From Bdellovibrionales bacterium (GTDB lineage Bacteria > Bdellovibrionota > Bdellovibrionia > Bdellovibrionales > JAGQZY01), in NCBI GenBank assembly GCA_031426555.1, contig JANPLN010000057.1, positions 8,706 to 72,705 of the forward strand: a DNA stretch of 64,000 bases. Direction: 5' to 3'. A model generated the notes under the pieces. That model was given only the letters and a program-made list of their open reading frames with translations. It made no database searches and had not been told where the DNA came from. Below are positions 48,836 through 57,605 of the stretch, piece by piece. Position 1 is the stretch's first letter, and each line of letters starts with the position of its first letter. Both the position numbers and the translations under genes were made by a program.

Positions 48836-49720
48836 ATGCAGCACCTATTTTTAAAATTCTACCAGTTATTATTTTTATTATTCTTTTTGCCTAGTTGTTC
48901 CCATTTATTTTTGCAACCCTCTAAAATTGATTATACTGTGCACTGGAAAGAGCGCAGCGAGCATATCCAGGACGGTTTTTTCCAAAGCAAGAATGGGACG
49001 AAGCTGCATTACTGGCTGATGGGATGGAAAAACACAAAGCCAAAGGCGGTGGTTTTACAGTTTCACGGAAACGCCGAAAATATGACGTCCCATGGAATGA
49101 GTTTAGGCTGGCTCACACATCACAACCTGCAGGTTCTATCGTTTGACTATCAGGGCTACGGAAAGAGTTACGGGGAGAAGTCCGTAACCAACGCCCTGGA
49201 AGACTGCTACGCCGCCATTCAAATGGCTACGGAGCACGCGCAAAAACTCAACGTCCCACTGGTTCTGTATGGCCAAAGTCTCGGTGGAAGTTTGCTGTTA
49301 AAAACTCTGAAAGATCACCCACAACCGTTGAATCCAGAGTGGAATCCAAATCTTGTGATCGTAGAATCCGCATTCTATTCGTATCCAATGATCGCCCGCG
49401 AAAAACTAGCCAACTTTTTTATCACGTGGCCTCTCCAATGGATGGCCTACGTGCTACTGCCATCAAGCTACAACCCAGGCGGCAAAGATTTAAAAAATCT
49501 AGCCCACATGTCATTTTTGTTTCTGTATTCAGAAGACGACCCCATAGTACCCATCCACCACGGCCGACTGCTGTATGAAGAAATCCCATCCAAAGATAAA
49601 ACCTTCTGGAGCTACCCCGAATCCGCCCACATCGCCTACGCCTACGTCAACAAAGGCGCCAACAAACTCAAACTCCTAAACTTCATCCTCGAAAAAACCA
49701 CCCCAACGCCAACCAAGTAA
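48836..49720 (+). CDS. Alpha/beta hydrolase lipoprotein
   Basis: LPSC lipobox, FHGNAEN, FDYQGYGKS, GQSLGG nucleophile, D and H catalytic positions. Confidence 0.85.
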   Translation: MQHLFLKFYQLLFLLFFLPSCSHLFLQPSKIDYTVHWKERSEHIQDGFFQSKNGTKLHYWLMGWKNTKPKAVVLQFHGNAENMTSHGMSLGWLTHHNLQVLSFDYQGYGKSYGEKSVTNALEDCYAAIQMATEHAQKLNVPLVLYGQSLGGSLLLKTLKDHPQPLNPEWNPNLVIVESAFYSYPMIAREKLANFFITWPLQWMAYVLLPSSYNPGGKDLKNLAHMSFLFLYSEDDPIVPIHHGRLLYEEIPSKDKTFWSYPESAHIAYAYVNKGANKLKLLNFILEKTTPTPTK

Positions 49721-49898
49721 AACTGAGTCCTTAATTTAATTCTTATTTCTTTTTTCTAAAAAATTCAGTTTTTAAATGGTTCTAAAAACGAGTTCCGCAG
49801 GCTCCTGCCGAGGACTGTTCGAGGCTTTTAGGACTATTTAAAAACTGAATTTTTTAGAAAAAAGAAATAAGAATTAAATTAAGGACTCAGTTTTACTT
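49715..49898. repeat. Long inverted repeat element A
   Basis: 49715-49777 pairs perfectly with 49836-49898 (63 bp), extendable to 73 bp with two G-T pairs. Structured 38-nt loop. Confidence 0.95.
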
Positions 49899-52875
49899 TG
49901 CGGATGACGTGGTTATTTCTGTCACTGATGTAAAGATCGCCTTGGTCGTCGAAAGAAACGTCCACAGGGTTGTTAAGTGGAACTGTGGTTGCACCAACGC
50001 CCTCTTGCTCCATGCCCGCAGGACCGCCAGAGAGGTTGACGGCCACAGGGCGCCCGGCCACCGTGTTCACACGCCCATCGGTGCGGTTGATACAGCGCAC
50101 GTTGTGGCGACCAAAGTTTGCAAAACACAATCGACCATTGAAATAATCCAGCCCCATGGGATTGTCACAGCGTGAGCTCGTGGCGAGAATATTTTCGGAA
50201 GTGCTTCCGCCGGTTCCAGAAAAACACGCGATGGTCACCACACGTCCGGGGTCGATGGTTTGCGGGCCAAAAGTCACCTGTGAGGCGCTTCGATTCCAGT
50301 AGCGAATTTTGTTGTTAAAAGTGTCGGAGATGATCAAATTTCCAAACTCATCTATAGCGATGCCATGTGGTCTGTTCATTTCCAAAGCGGCAACCAAAAG
50401 GTCGTGGCCGCTGTCGGTGGGTGTGACGTCTCCGCAGTTGCCAAGAACAAACGAAGTGTTGCCAAGAGTATCCACTTTTTTTACGCAGTGGTTAAATTGA
50501 TCGACAACAAAAATTTCCATGCTGCCGGCATTGTTGTACGCGATGACGTCTGAAGGAAAATTCATCAGCGAAGAGAGAGCCACTCCGGCGGGACCGTTTC
50601 CAGCAGCCACAGCGTAGTTTCCCGCGATGCTTGAAACAAGGTCGTCGGGGATATAGATGCTCGCGTAGTTGTCGGGCGTTGTTTTACGATTCCATACCCG
50701 CAGATTATGCACTCGTGAATTGAGTTGCAACAAACTTCCATCCGGAAAAAGGCCGATCCCATTCATCTGGTTATTTGTTCCATTGAGGGCCGTAAACATC
50801 AAAGCATTGGTCGGAAAATCGTTATCGAGAACGGGATTTCCCTGACCGCGGCCAAGGGCGGTGACAACACGACCGTATTTATCAATGCTGCGAATTCGAC
50901 TGTTATCCTGATCAACAAAGAACAACGTATCTGTGGAGTTTTCGTAAACCAGTCCATTGGGTCGATTAAAAATATAACCAAGAGTTGGTTTTTGGTTGTC
51001 GCCGTTAAATCCGCTACGTCCATTGCCCGATCCAACAACAACTTCAACGCTGTTGTCTGTGAGATTTAAGCGACGTAAACGATAGTTGTTGTAATCGCTA
51101 AAAACCAGAAAGTTACTGTCAGTGGGATCCACAGTGAGCATGTAGGGTTCACTGATTTGCGCATTGTTAATGGCTATGTCGGAGCCATTGTAGCCTGCGG
51201 CAATGTTAGTGAAACGACCGGTTGTTTTCTGTGTGATGGTGATGCCGCCAATGGTGACGTCGGCTGCTGAGTTATTGGAAAGGTAAAAACGATCGTTGTT
51301 CCCGTCGCGAATATTAAAATAAATAAGATCACCAAGAACGGCCAAACCACTGGGACTTCCTATTGCGATGGCTAAACTGTTTCCACTTACGGTAGCGCCA
51401 CCGGCACCGGTTCCGATGATGGTGCGAACTGTATTTGCAGCCACAGTCGTCGCGCTGGCTGTTGCGGTCCAGAAAAGTTTTCCAACTCCAGTGAGGTTTA
51501 CTAGGCGAATACGGTGCTGCGCCATATGTGCTACATAAATTCCGTCGGCATTGACGACGATGTCGTACGGGCTTTGCCCGCCCGCGGCCGTCGGTGCTGA
51601 GCCGTCGGCTCCCATGGTGTTTGTGCCATTTCCATAAACGGTATAAGCTAAGTCTGTGGCAATGTCCCAGCGCTTAACGCGATGACTGCCATAACAGGCC
51701 ACGTAAAGACTTCCGGAGTACATGTAGAGAGTCGTGGGGGTGGTGCATTGATGTGTAGAGGCGGGAGCACCATCAACATTACTTGCGGCTGCGCCCATGC
51801 CTGTGTACATCATTCCCGAAGCATCCACATAGCGAACACGATTCCCGGTATGATCAGAGATGTAGAGTATCTCTCCGACATCATCATACCAAAGTCCGCG
51901 AGGGCGGTTGATGGCTGTGACAGTAGCCATTCCGTCTGCACCGGTAGAATACTCGCCAGTGCCGGCGACCACTTTAAAAGTGTTTGCAGGGATTGTGGTA
52001 CCAGCGCGATCTACCGACGACGCTGTTCTGTTCCAGTACCACACGACGGCGTTATCGTAGTCAGCAATAAAGTAATTTCCGAGAGCATCCTGAACTTGTG
52101 CGATGGGACGAATGCGAATGGAGGTTGGATTGGTTGCAGGGTTTTCATTGTCTCCGAGGCTGGGATTGCCACCGTAAGTACAAATTTGTCCTTGAGTGAG
52201 AACGTTACAGGCTTGTGGAAAGTGATTCACTTCGACGGTCCAAGAAAACGTATCGCTAGCACTGCCGTCGTTGACCACCACCGAAACGGTGGCGGCGCCG
52301 ACATAGGCGATATAACCTGTGAGGGTGGCACTGTTGCCAGAGCCGATGAGCAGTCCTGAGGCCGCACCATTTAAGAGCCACGTGTATGTCAGCGTATCTG
52401 CGTTAGCATCGGTGCCGGCTGCGGTAATGAGGATGCTCGATCCCACCGACACTTTTGGCATTCCCGTCGTCACGCCTGTGACGCTGGGTGGAGAATTGAT
52501 TTTAACGTTCCAAATTTTTTGTGCACTGGTTTCGCCGTCGGCCGCTTGCATTCGAAGAGTATGATTTCCTATATTCCCACCGTGAGCCAGCACCGTGTGT
52601 GTGTCTGTGATGTTCGATTGATTCACACCATCAAAATACCAGGAGTAGGTAAGGGTTCCGCCAAATGGTGCAACCACATCCACTTCAAACAACTGGTTGT
52701 TGCCCAGTTCGATAATGATAGGGTCCCCTTGGGGATCAAAATCTTCGATGGTGACGCTATCAACATTGGAATTGCCGCCGCCGCCACTTTGCAATAGATC
52801 AAGACTGTCATCTTTTTTACAAGATAAGATAAGGAACGTTGATAGTACCAAGATGAAACGTACAGCAAACACCAT
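49879..52875 (-). CDS. Large lipoprotein with Ig-like domains and NHL beta-propeller repeats (adhesin-like)
   Basis: LILSC lipobox from ATG 52875, Ig-like TLTYSW/TLTYTW, many NHL repeats (P.G...D..GN..I.D..N..IR). Confidence 0.8.
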   Translation of the reverse strand: MVFAVRFILVLSTFLILSCKKDDSLDLLQSGGGGNSNVDSVTIEDFDPQGDPIIIELGNNQLFEVDVVAPFGGTLTYSWYFDGVNQSNITDTHTVLAHGGNIGNHTLRMQAADGETSAQKIWNVKINSPPSVTGVTTGMPKVSVGSSILITAAGTDANADTLTYTWLLNGAASGLLIGSGNSATLTGYIAYVGAATVSVVVNDGSASDTFSWTVEVNHFPQACNVLTQGQICTYGGNPSLGDNENPATNPTSIRIRPIAQVQDALGNYFIADYDNAVVWYWNRTASSVDRAGTTIPANTFKVVAGTGEYSTGADGMATVTAINRPRGLWYDDVGEILYISDHTGNRVRYVDASGMMYTGMGAAASNVDGAPASTHQCTTPTTLYMYSGSLYVACYGSHRVKRWDIATDLAYTVYGNGTNTMGADGSAPTAAGGQSPYDIVVNADGIYVAHMAQHRIRLVNLTGVGKLFWTATASATTVAANTVRTIIGTGAGGATVSGNSLAIAIGSPSGLAVLGDLIYFNIRDGNNDRFYLSNNSAADVTIGGITITQKTTGRFTNIAAGYNGSDIAINNAQISEPYMLTVDPTDSNFLVFSDYNNYRLRRLNLTDNSVEVVVGSGNGRSGFNGDNQKPTLGYIFNRPNGLVYENSTDTLFFVDQDNSRIRSIDKYGRVVTALGRGQGNPVLDNDFPTNALMFTALNGTNNQMNGIGLFPDGSLLQLNSRVHNLRVWNRKTTPDNYASIYIPDDLVSSIAGNYAVAAGNGPAGVALSSLMNFPSDVIAYNNAGSMEIFVVDQFNHCVKKVDTLGNTSFVLGNCGDVTPTDSGHDLLVAALEMNRPHGIAIDEFGNLIISDTFNNKIRYWNRSASQVTFGPQTIDPGRVVTIACFSGTGGSTSENILATSSRCDNPMGLDYFNGRLCFANFGRHNVRCINRTDGRVNTVAGRPVAVNLSGGPAGMEQEGVGATTVPLNNPVDVSFDDQGDLYISDRNNHVIRKVKLSP

Positions 52876-52883
52876 CGGTTTTC

Positions 52884-52911
52884 TTATCGGACGAAAGTCC
52901 TGAAAACTAAA
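52884..52911 (-). promoter_or_regulatory. Internal sigma28-like promoter of the NHL lipoprotein
   Basis: Minus strand TTTAGTTT...TCCGATAA, 8 nt before ATG 52875. Confidence 0.5.
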
Positions 52912-53461
52912 ACTCAAGGCCCGCCCCCAGCAAGAGGTTGATTTGTGTGGCCTTGCCTTCGTCGGCGCCAAAAAGCATATCGTATCGAGTTTCGAAATTT
53001 AAAAACCAGTCTGTCCCAATTTGATAATCCACGCCTGCAGCTAAACCAGTGCCTAAAAATGTGGTCGAAAAAATAAAGTTAAAAGTTCTTTGGCGAAGGT
53101 GAAGGCCCACATAGGGTCGCCAGATTTCAGTCATGGAGATTTTAACATTTTCGGTCTGTGTGACAGTGCTCGTGGCCGCCGTGAAAGGGTAGTAATTGGC
53201 ACCGGCGTCGATACCAAATCCCTGACTTCCCGAAATACCATCACTCATAATCATGTTGAAACCTAAACAAGCATTTAAACTTTCTGTGGCGGCGTAAGAT
53301 AATTGCAGGCTGTAAGCACCAACACCAGACGCAGAATCATCATTGGCGCGAATACCCGAGGTTGCAAATGACCATGTCCCTGCTTTGGCAGATAGCTGAA
53401 AGTTTTCAGCCCACGCTGCTGGAAGTTGAATCATAAAAAGGTAGAAAAAAAGCAGTCTCAT
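52907..53461 (-). CDS. Small outer-membrane beta-barrel (OmpA/OmpW-like)
   Basis: Signal peptide, amphipathic strands, RPYVGL, GVDYQI...FLNFETRY, C-terminal GAGLEF. Confidence 0.75.
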   Translation of the reverse strand: MRLLFFYLFMIQLPAAWAENFQLSAKAGTWSFATSGIRANDDSASGVGAYSLQLSYAATESLNACLGFNMIMSDGISGSQGFGIDAGANYYPFTAATSTVTQTENVKISMTEIWRPYVGLHLRQRTFNFIFSTTFLGTGLAAGVDYQIGTDWFLNFETRYDMLFGADEGKATQINLLLGAGLEF

Positions 53462-55119
53462 TACGCGGCTTTCTCTTCGCTTTGCGGAGTTGCATCGATC
53501 CGAGCTACGACGGCGTCCATGATCGATCGAACTTTTCGTTTTGCCAAAGTCTTTTGTTCTAAAATTGCATTACCTTTGGGCTGCTGAGCAAAAATCTCGC
53601 GCAATCGAAAGCGTTGGCGATCGGTAAGACTTTCAAAGAGCTTGTGTCCTTCTACGCGTTCACAATCTGGAAGAATAAACGAAAGCTCTTGTACTGGTAT
53701 CTCCTGAATGACTAAGTTAAATTGTTCTTGGTTTAAGTCGAAAAATTTGTAAAAAGGTGTTCGCTTGGCATGCAAAGGAGACTGGGGAGAGAGGGCTTTG
53801 TAAAACTCTCTTTCATCCCATGTGTTCGCATGATCTAAATATTTTTCGATTTCAGTTTCGTTAAAAAATGAGTCGATGGACTGGGCGTTTCTTAAAGGTT
53901 TAATGTCTAAGGATTTTTGCTGCACTTGTTTAATGGTGGTTGGAGAAATTTTTGCTTTTGTAGTTTGCGGTTCAATAAACTGTGCCCAATTGCCGGGAAA
54001 TAACTTCTTACAAACACGCACCGACTTATTTACCGGCAGCAGATGTAGAATTGGTGCCGACGTCTGAAATGGATAGTCGCGGAAGACAGTTTCCAGTTCT
54101 TCTTCGTTCAGTCGGTTTAAAATTAAAGCGAAATCTTTAGTCTCAGCGTCCATTAAAGAGGTAGTACTCAGCAATTGATTCTTAATTTTGAGGCGATGCA
54201 ACTTGTGGAGAACTTCGAGCGAGTCCCCGGACACTTGCGGTGCCGTCGCTAGCGCTGTAAACCACCAATCACCCACACCAAAAGCAAACAGCTCTTTTAG
54301 CTTCTCTTTTTTCATCTCGGCAAACAAAGCGGTCATTGCGGTTGGATTCTGTGTTCCTTCTTCTTCCAAAAAGTCCATGAGATCAATGGAAGGACGCTCA
54401 AAGAGGTCTTTTGTTTCCTCGAAGACCTCTTTGTAAAGGCGGCGCGCTTCGTAAGAACTATCATGCCGTCCTGCGGACGGTGCTAAAGTCTTTGGAGCCG
54501 TTGCCGCGGAAAAATTTTGTGAGGCCAAACTTTGAGTTGATTTTCCAATTTCTGAGATGGGAGTCGAAAGTCCTTTAATTAAACTTCGCACACTCCATTG
54601 CATGAGGACAAACAACCCGATGAGTCCCGCGGCAACCATTCCCAAAATAAACTTCCACCAGTTAACGGCCTCTTGGATAGGACCTGGGACAATGGGTTTG
54701 GGTGGTATTTTTTTGATCTCAATTTTATCAGAGGCTGTAGAAAGTTTTAAAAATTCAAAAAGTTGGTTATGGAGTGCATTTAACTCGTTGGCTTCCATTT
54801 CGGTTTCGAGATCAACTTTGATGGCAACTTTGTCAACGTAGCTGATAAGTGTACTGAGAGGAACGTCCTGCTTAGACCAGATATCTTGTTCCTTGTCGAC
54901 AACATCAAAATATGGCAAGTTTTCGGACTGGGATTTTTTGCTCTCAGGCTTATCAATGTTGACGATAGCAAGTACTGTGAAAGGTTGATTTGGAAAACGA
55001 CTTTGAATAAATTTCGAAGTTCTTTCGGTGTAGTAATCTTCCACTTCCGAAACGCGATTTGCAAAAGCCAACGGCGTGGAGAGAATAATTAATAGGACGA
55101 GGGAGTAAAGGTGTTTCAT
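53461..55119 (-). CDS. Membrane protein with FliF-ring-like periplasmic domain and FliG-like C-terminal domain
   Basis: Signal peptide, periplasmic alpha/beta domain, one TM (WWKFILGMVAAGLIGLFVLMQW), helical cytoplasmic part ending FYKFFDLNQEQFNLVIQEIPVQELSFIL...KLFESLTDRQRFRLRE (FliG_C-like pattern). Confidence 0.55.
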   Translation of the reverse strand: MKHLYSLVLLIILSTPLAFANRVSEVEDYYTERTSKFIQSRFPNQPFTVLAIVNIDKPESKKSQSENLPYFDVVDKEQDIWSKQDVPLSTLISYVDKVAIKVDLETEMEANELNALHNQLFEFLKLSTASDKIEIKKIPPKPIVPGPIQEAVNWWKFILGMVAAGLIGLFVLMQWSVRSLIKGLSTPISEIGKSTQSLASQNFSAATAPKTLAPSAGRHDSSYEARRLYKEVFEETKDLFERPSIDLMDFLEEEGTQNPTAMTALFAEMKKEKLKELFAFGVGDWWFTALATAPQVSGDSLEVLHKLHRLKIKNQLLSTTSLMDAETKDFALILNRLNEEELETVFRDYPFQTSAPILHLLPVNKSVRVCKKLFPGNWAQFIEPQTTKAKISPTTIKQVQQKSLDIKPLRNAQSIDSFFNETEIEKYLDHANTWDEREFYKALSPQSPLHAKRTPFYKFFDLNQEQFNLVIQEIPVQELSFILPDCERVEGHKLFESLTDRQRFRLREIFAQQPKGNAILEQKTLAKRKVRSIMDAVVARIDATPQSEEKAA

Positions 55120-56078
55120 TGGTCGTCTCCAGTATCTTGAGAATCATTTAAAAACTTGTATAAAAAGTTATTGTGAATCCAGTTAGATTTCTTCACTTGT
55201 GATTTTTTAGCTTCTGATTGTCGTACTTCTTTTTCTTTGATAAAGCTCGCAGTCGTGCGAGTTTTAGAGCGGGCAGGCAGCCATTGAACTTGTGAGGGCA
55301 GTAGCTCGCTCATGTTATTGCAGTTAATTTTGGCTGCTGGCTGCATTTCACAAAGGGTACGGAACTTGATGGATTCGTTTTCGAGAGCCTGATTATGAAT
55401 CCGTTCGGTGCTGTCCAACGGTTCGATCACGATGACAATCTTTCGGTCGGACTTTCGAACTGCAGCCGGCAACCGTCTTTCGGAGTGTTCCGTTTCACCG
55501 TAACCTCCAATTCGCATGTCTGATAGCTTAAGACCTCGTTCCTTCAGGTAGCGAATCGCAGAAATCGAACGAAAAGCAGAAAGTTCAAGATTGTCTTTAT
55601 AAATAGGGTGTTTTCCAGGAGATTTGTTGTCGGTGTAACCACGCACCACGTAACGAAACTGCCCAGTGAAATCCTTTGCTTTGGTAGCAAAAGTTGTCAG
55701 AGCTTTCTTTCCCTCATCGGTAAGATCGATAGCGCCGGCCTCAAAAAATGATATTCCTGGAAACTCAATAATCAGTTTATTACCCACCTGCAAGGGCAAC
55801 ACCTCGACATCTTTGGCTAAAGGATGAAAGAGAGCGAGGGGAACTTCTTGTTGGCTTTGTTGTTCCTTGGGAGTGTCTGTGGTTTTTAACTGATTTTTAA
55901 ATTTATCGAGCAATATCTGAATATTTAAAGGATCATTTTTGACATTAAAAAAAATAACAAAAAATCCCAAAAGAAGCGTTACCATATCCCCATAACTGAT
56001 TTCCCAGTTATTATGGATCTCAGCAGTATGCAGCTGAGATCGGATTCGAAAGCTTTTTCGGGCATTATTTGTCTTCAT
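55116..56078 (-). CDS. motB: MotB/PomB-family stator subunit
   Basis: WEISYGDMVTLLLGFFV TM with conserved Asp. OmpA-like PG-binding domain GYTD..NLELSAFR..GYGE..DRKIVIVI. Confidence 0.85.
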   Translation of the reverse strand: MKTNNARKSFRIRSQLHTAEIHNNWEISYGDMVTLLLGFFVIFFNVKNDPLNIQILLDKFKNQLKTTDTPKEQQSQQEVPLALFHPLAKDVEVLPLQVGNKLIIEFPGISFFEAGAIDLTDEGKKALTTFATKAKDFTGQFRYVVRGYTDNKSPGKHPIYKDNLELSAFRSISAIRYLKERGLKLSDMRIGGYGETEHSERRLPAAVRKSDRKIVIVIEPLDSTERIHNQALENESIKFRTLCEMQPAAKINCNNMSELLPSQVQWLPARSKTRTTASFIKEKEVRQSEAKKSQVKKSNWIHNNFLYKFLNDSQDTGDDQ

Positions 56079-56860
56079 ACTGCTTCTTTAAGTCCTAACA
56101 AGTCTATTTTTTTATTTTTTTCTAAATAACTATTCATCATTTCCTGCACGGCGAGTGGCGAACGTTTTTCGCAAATCATTAATATGCCTTCCAGGAGTAA
56201 CTCTTTGCGAATTTTTTCGCCGTCGGCTTTGGAAGCGAAATGTTCAGCAAAGGGTATCAATACAAAGTTCGCTAACAGAAGTCCGTAGAGTGTGGCGATA
56301 AGAGCAAGAGCCATTTTGAGGCCAACTTCGGCAGAGCTCACATTGGCACCCATACCCCGCATCATATTAATCAACCCTAAAACAGTACCTACGAGTCCAA
56401 AAGCGGGGGGATATTTTGCTAGATTTCGCAAAATGGTTACGTTTTTTTCTTCTCGTTGTCGTTCCCGATATATTCTTTCTGTGAGTACGTCGCGAATCTC
56501 ATCTTGCGAAAGACCAGCAACAATCATGTCCGCTCCATCGCGTAACATTTCGTGAGCTTCCTTGTCTTGCGCCAAGCCTTTTAAGTGGGCAGAGTTTGTG
56601 ATGGACAGCGAAGCGGCTTGAATAATTTTTTGTGCATCAAAGGCGTAATCCTCTTTTGCTGTTTTTGAAAGCGCAGGCAGGGATTTTATCATGTTCCAGC
56701 AATCTTTGGCGGAATAGGAAATCATGGAAACGGCAACAGTTCCACCGAGAACAACAAGCAGTGCCACGTGGTCAAAGTAAAACTCAAATTGACCACCCAA
56801 AAGTGAGAGAACTGTTTGTACCAAAGCGACAATGGTTGCAATACCAAGTAAGTGAAACAC
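56075..56860 (-). CDS. motA: MotA/PomA-family stator subunit
   Basis: ALLVVLGGT, PPAFGLVGTVLGLI, MALALIATLYG..LAN...PFA, EGIL.I.....P. Confidence 0.88.
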   Translation of the reverse strand: MFHLLGIATIVALVQTVLSLLGGQFEFYFDHVALLVVLGGTVAVSMISYSAKDCWNMIKSLPALSKTAKEDYAFDAQKIIQAASLSITNSAHLKGLAQDKEAHEMLRDGADMIVAGLSQDEIRDVLTERIYRERQREEKNVTILRNLAKYPPAFGLVGTVLGLINMMRGMGANVSSAEVGLKMALALIATLYGLLLANFVLIPFAEHFASKADGEKIRKELLLEGILMICEKRSPLAVQEMMNSYLEKNKKIDLLGLKEAV

Positions 56861-57480
56861 TATAGACCTCCGCTGGAGGATGAGTTTGCGGGCTGTCGCG
56901 TAAGGCGATCCAAAATAACTCGTGTTTCCACATTTTCGGGTTCTAAAGTGAGAGCCTTTTGATAGGCATTAATGGATTCCATAGTTTTTCCCTGAAGATA
57001 GTAATTGTTACCTAAAAGATTCCAACCCACGGAAAAATACGGATACGTATTTAGCATACTGCGTGTGAGCACTTCGGCCTGAATATATTCTTTTTTAAGG
57101 AGTGATGATTGTATTTGTGCCACTTGCCGAGCTATGGATTCGATGGTTGCCTTAACGTCGGGATCGTTGAGTTTTAATTCGGCTTTCGAAATTTCTTGTA
57201 GCTTCACAGATACCTCGCCGCTAGCGGAAAGGGCTCTTTTTTCGAGCATAATTTTTTGCTGTAAAAAATCAGGTTTGCTGACTTCGATCGTAAAGCCTTC
57301 GGGAAGAGAGCGGAGTTGATCATGGCTGAGTTGCAGTGGAGTGACACCCAGTTTTTGTGCACCATTAAGTGTATGAAGCGTGACTTCGGCCTCGGGAGGT
57401 GTGGAGTTCACACGCAGCGACAGGCTGCTGCAGTTGACGATAAATAACAAGAATATAAAACCCAGAATAATCTGAAACAT
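56860..57480 (-). CDS. PEGA-domain plus TPR lipoprotein
   Basis: IVNC lipobox, VNSTPPEAEV..LGVTPL (PEGA), WNLLGNNYY..G....SINAYQKAL.LEP (TPR), GAGGTG RBS. Confidence 0.8.
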   Translation of the reverse strand: MFQIILGFIFLLFIVNCSSLSLRVNSTPPEAEVTLHTLNGAQKLGVTPLQLSHDQLRSLPEGFTIEVSKPDFLQQKIMLEKRALSASGEVSVKLQEISKAELKLNDPDVKATIESIARQVAQIQSSLLKKEYIQAEVLTRSMLNTYPYFSVGWNLLGNNYYLQGKTMESINAYQKALTLEPENVETRVILDRLTRQPANSSSSGGL

Positions 57481-57605
57481 GGTTCACCTCGGTCTAATCC
57501 ATGTCTCAAGTCGGTAAAATGCTAAGAAAATTCAATGGTAAGTGAAAAACTTTGGTCCGAAGTCGTAAGAATCCGGACCTAGAGACTGACAAAAGTCAGG
57601 GGGGA

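Noticed and set aside
49715..49898. Plain bidirectional terminator or classical MITE
   Set aside because: It may also terminate transcription, but the 63-bp arms, the shared internal core and the lack of shared termini or visible target-site duplication do not fit either label.
52876..52971. ORF-track N-terminal extension of the NHL protein (similar extensions at 17716, 41101, 43673, 47630, 62849)
   Set aside because: Extensions overlap neighbours or precede clear signal peptides or RBSs, so downstream starts were chosen.
55116..56860. Zorya ZorAB or TolQR/AglRQS-type motor
   Set aside because: MotA is normal length with no long ZorA tail and no zorC/D/E neighbours. The B subunit has the MotB W..SY.D motif and an OmpA-like domain, unlike TolR/ExbD.
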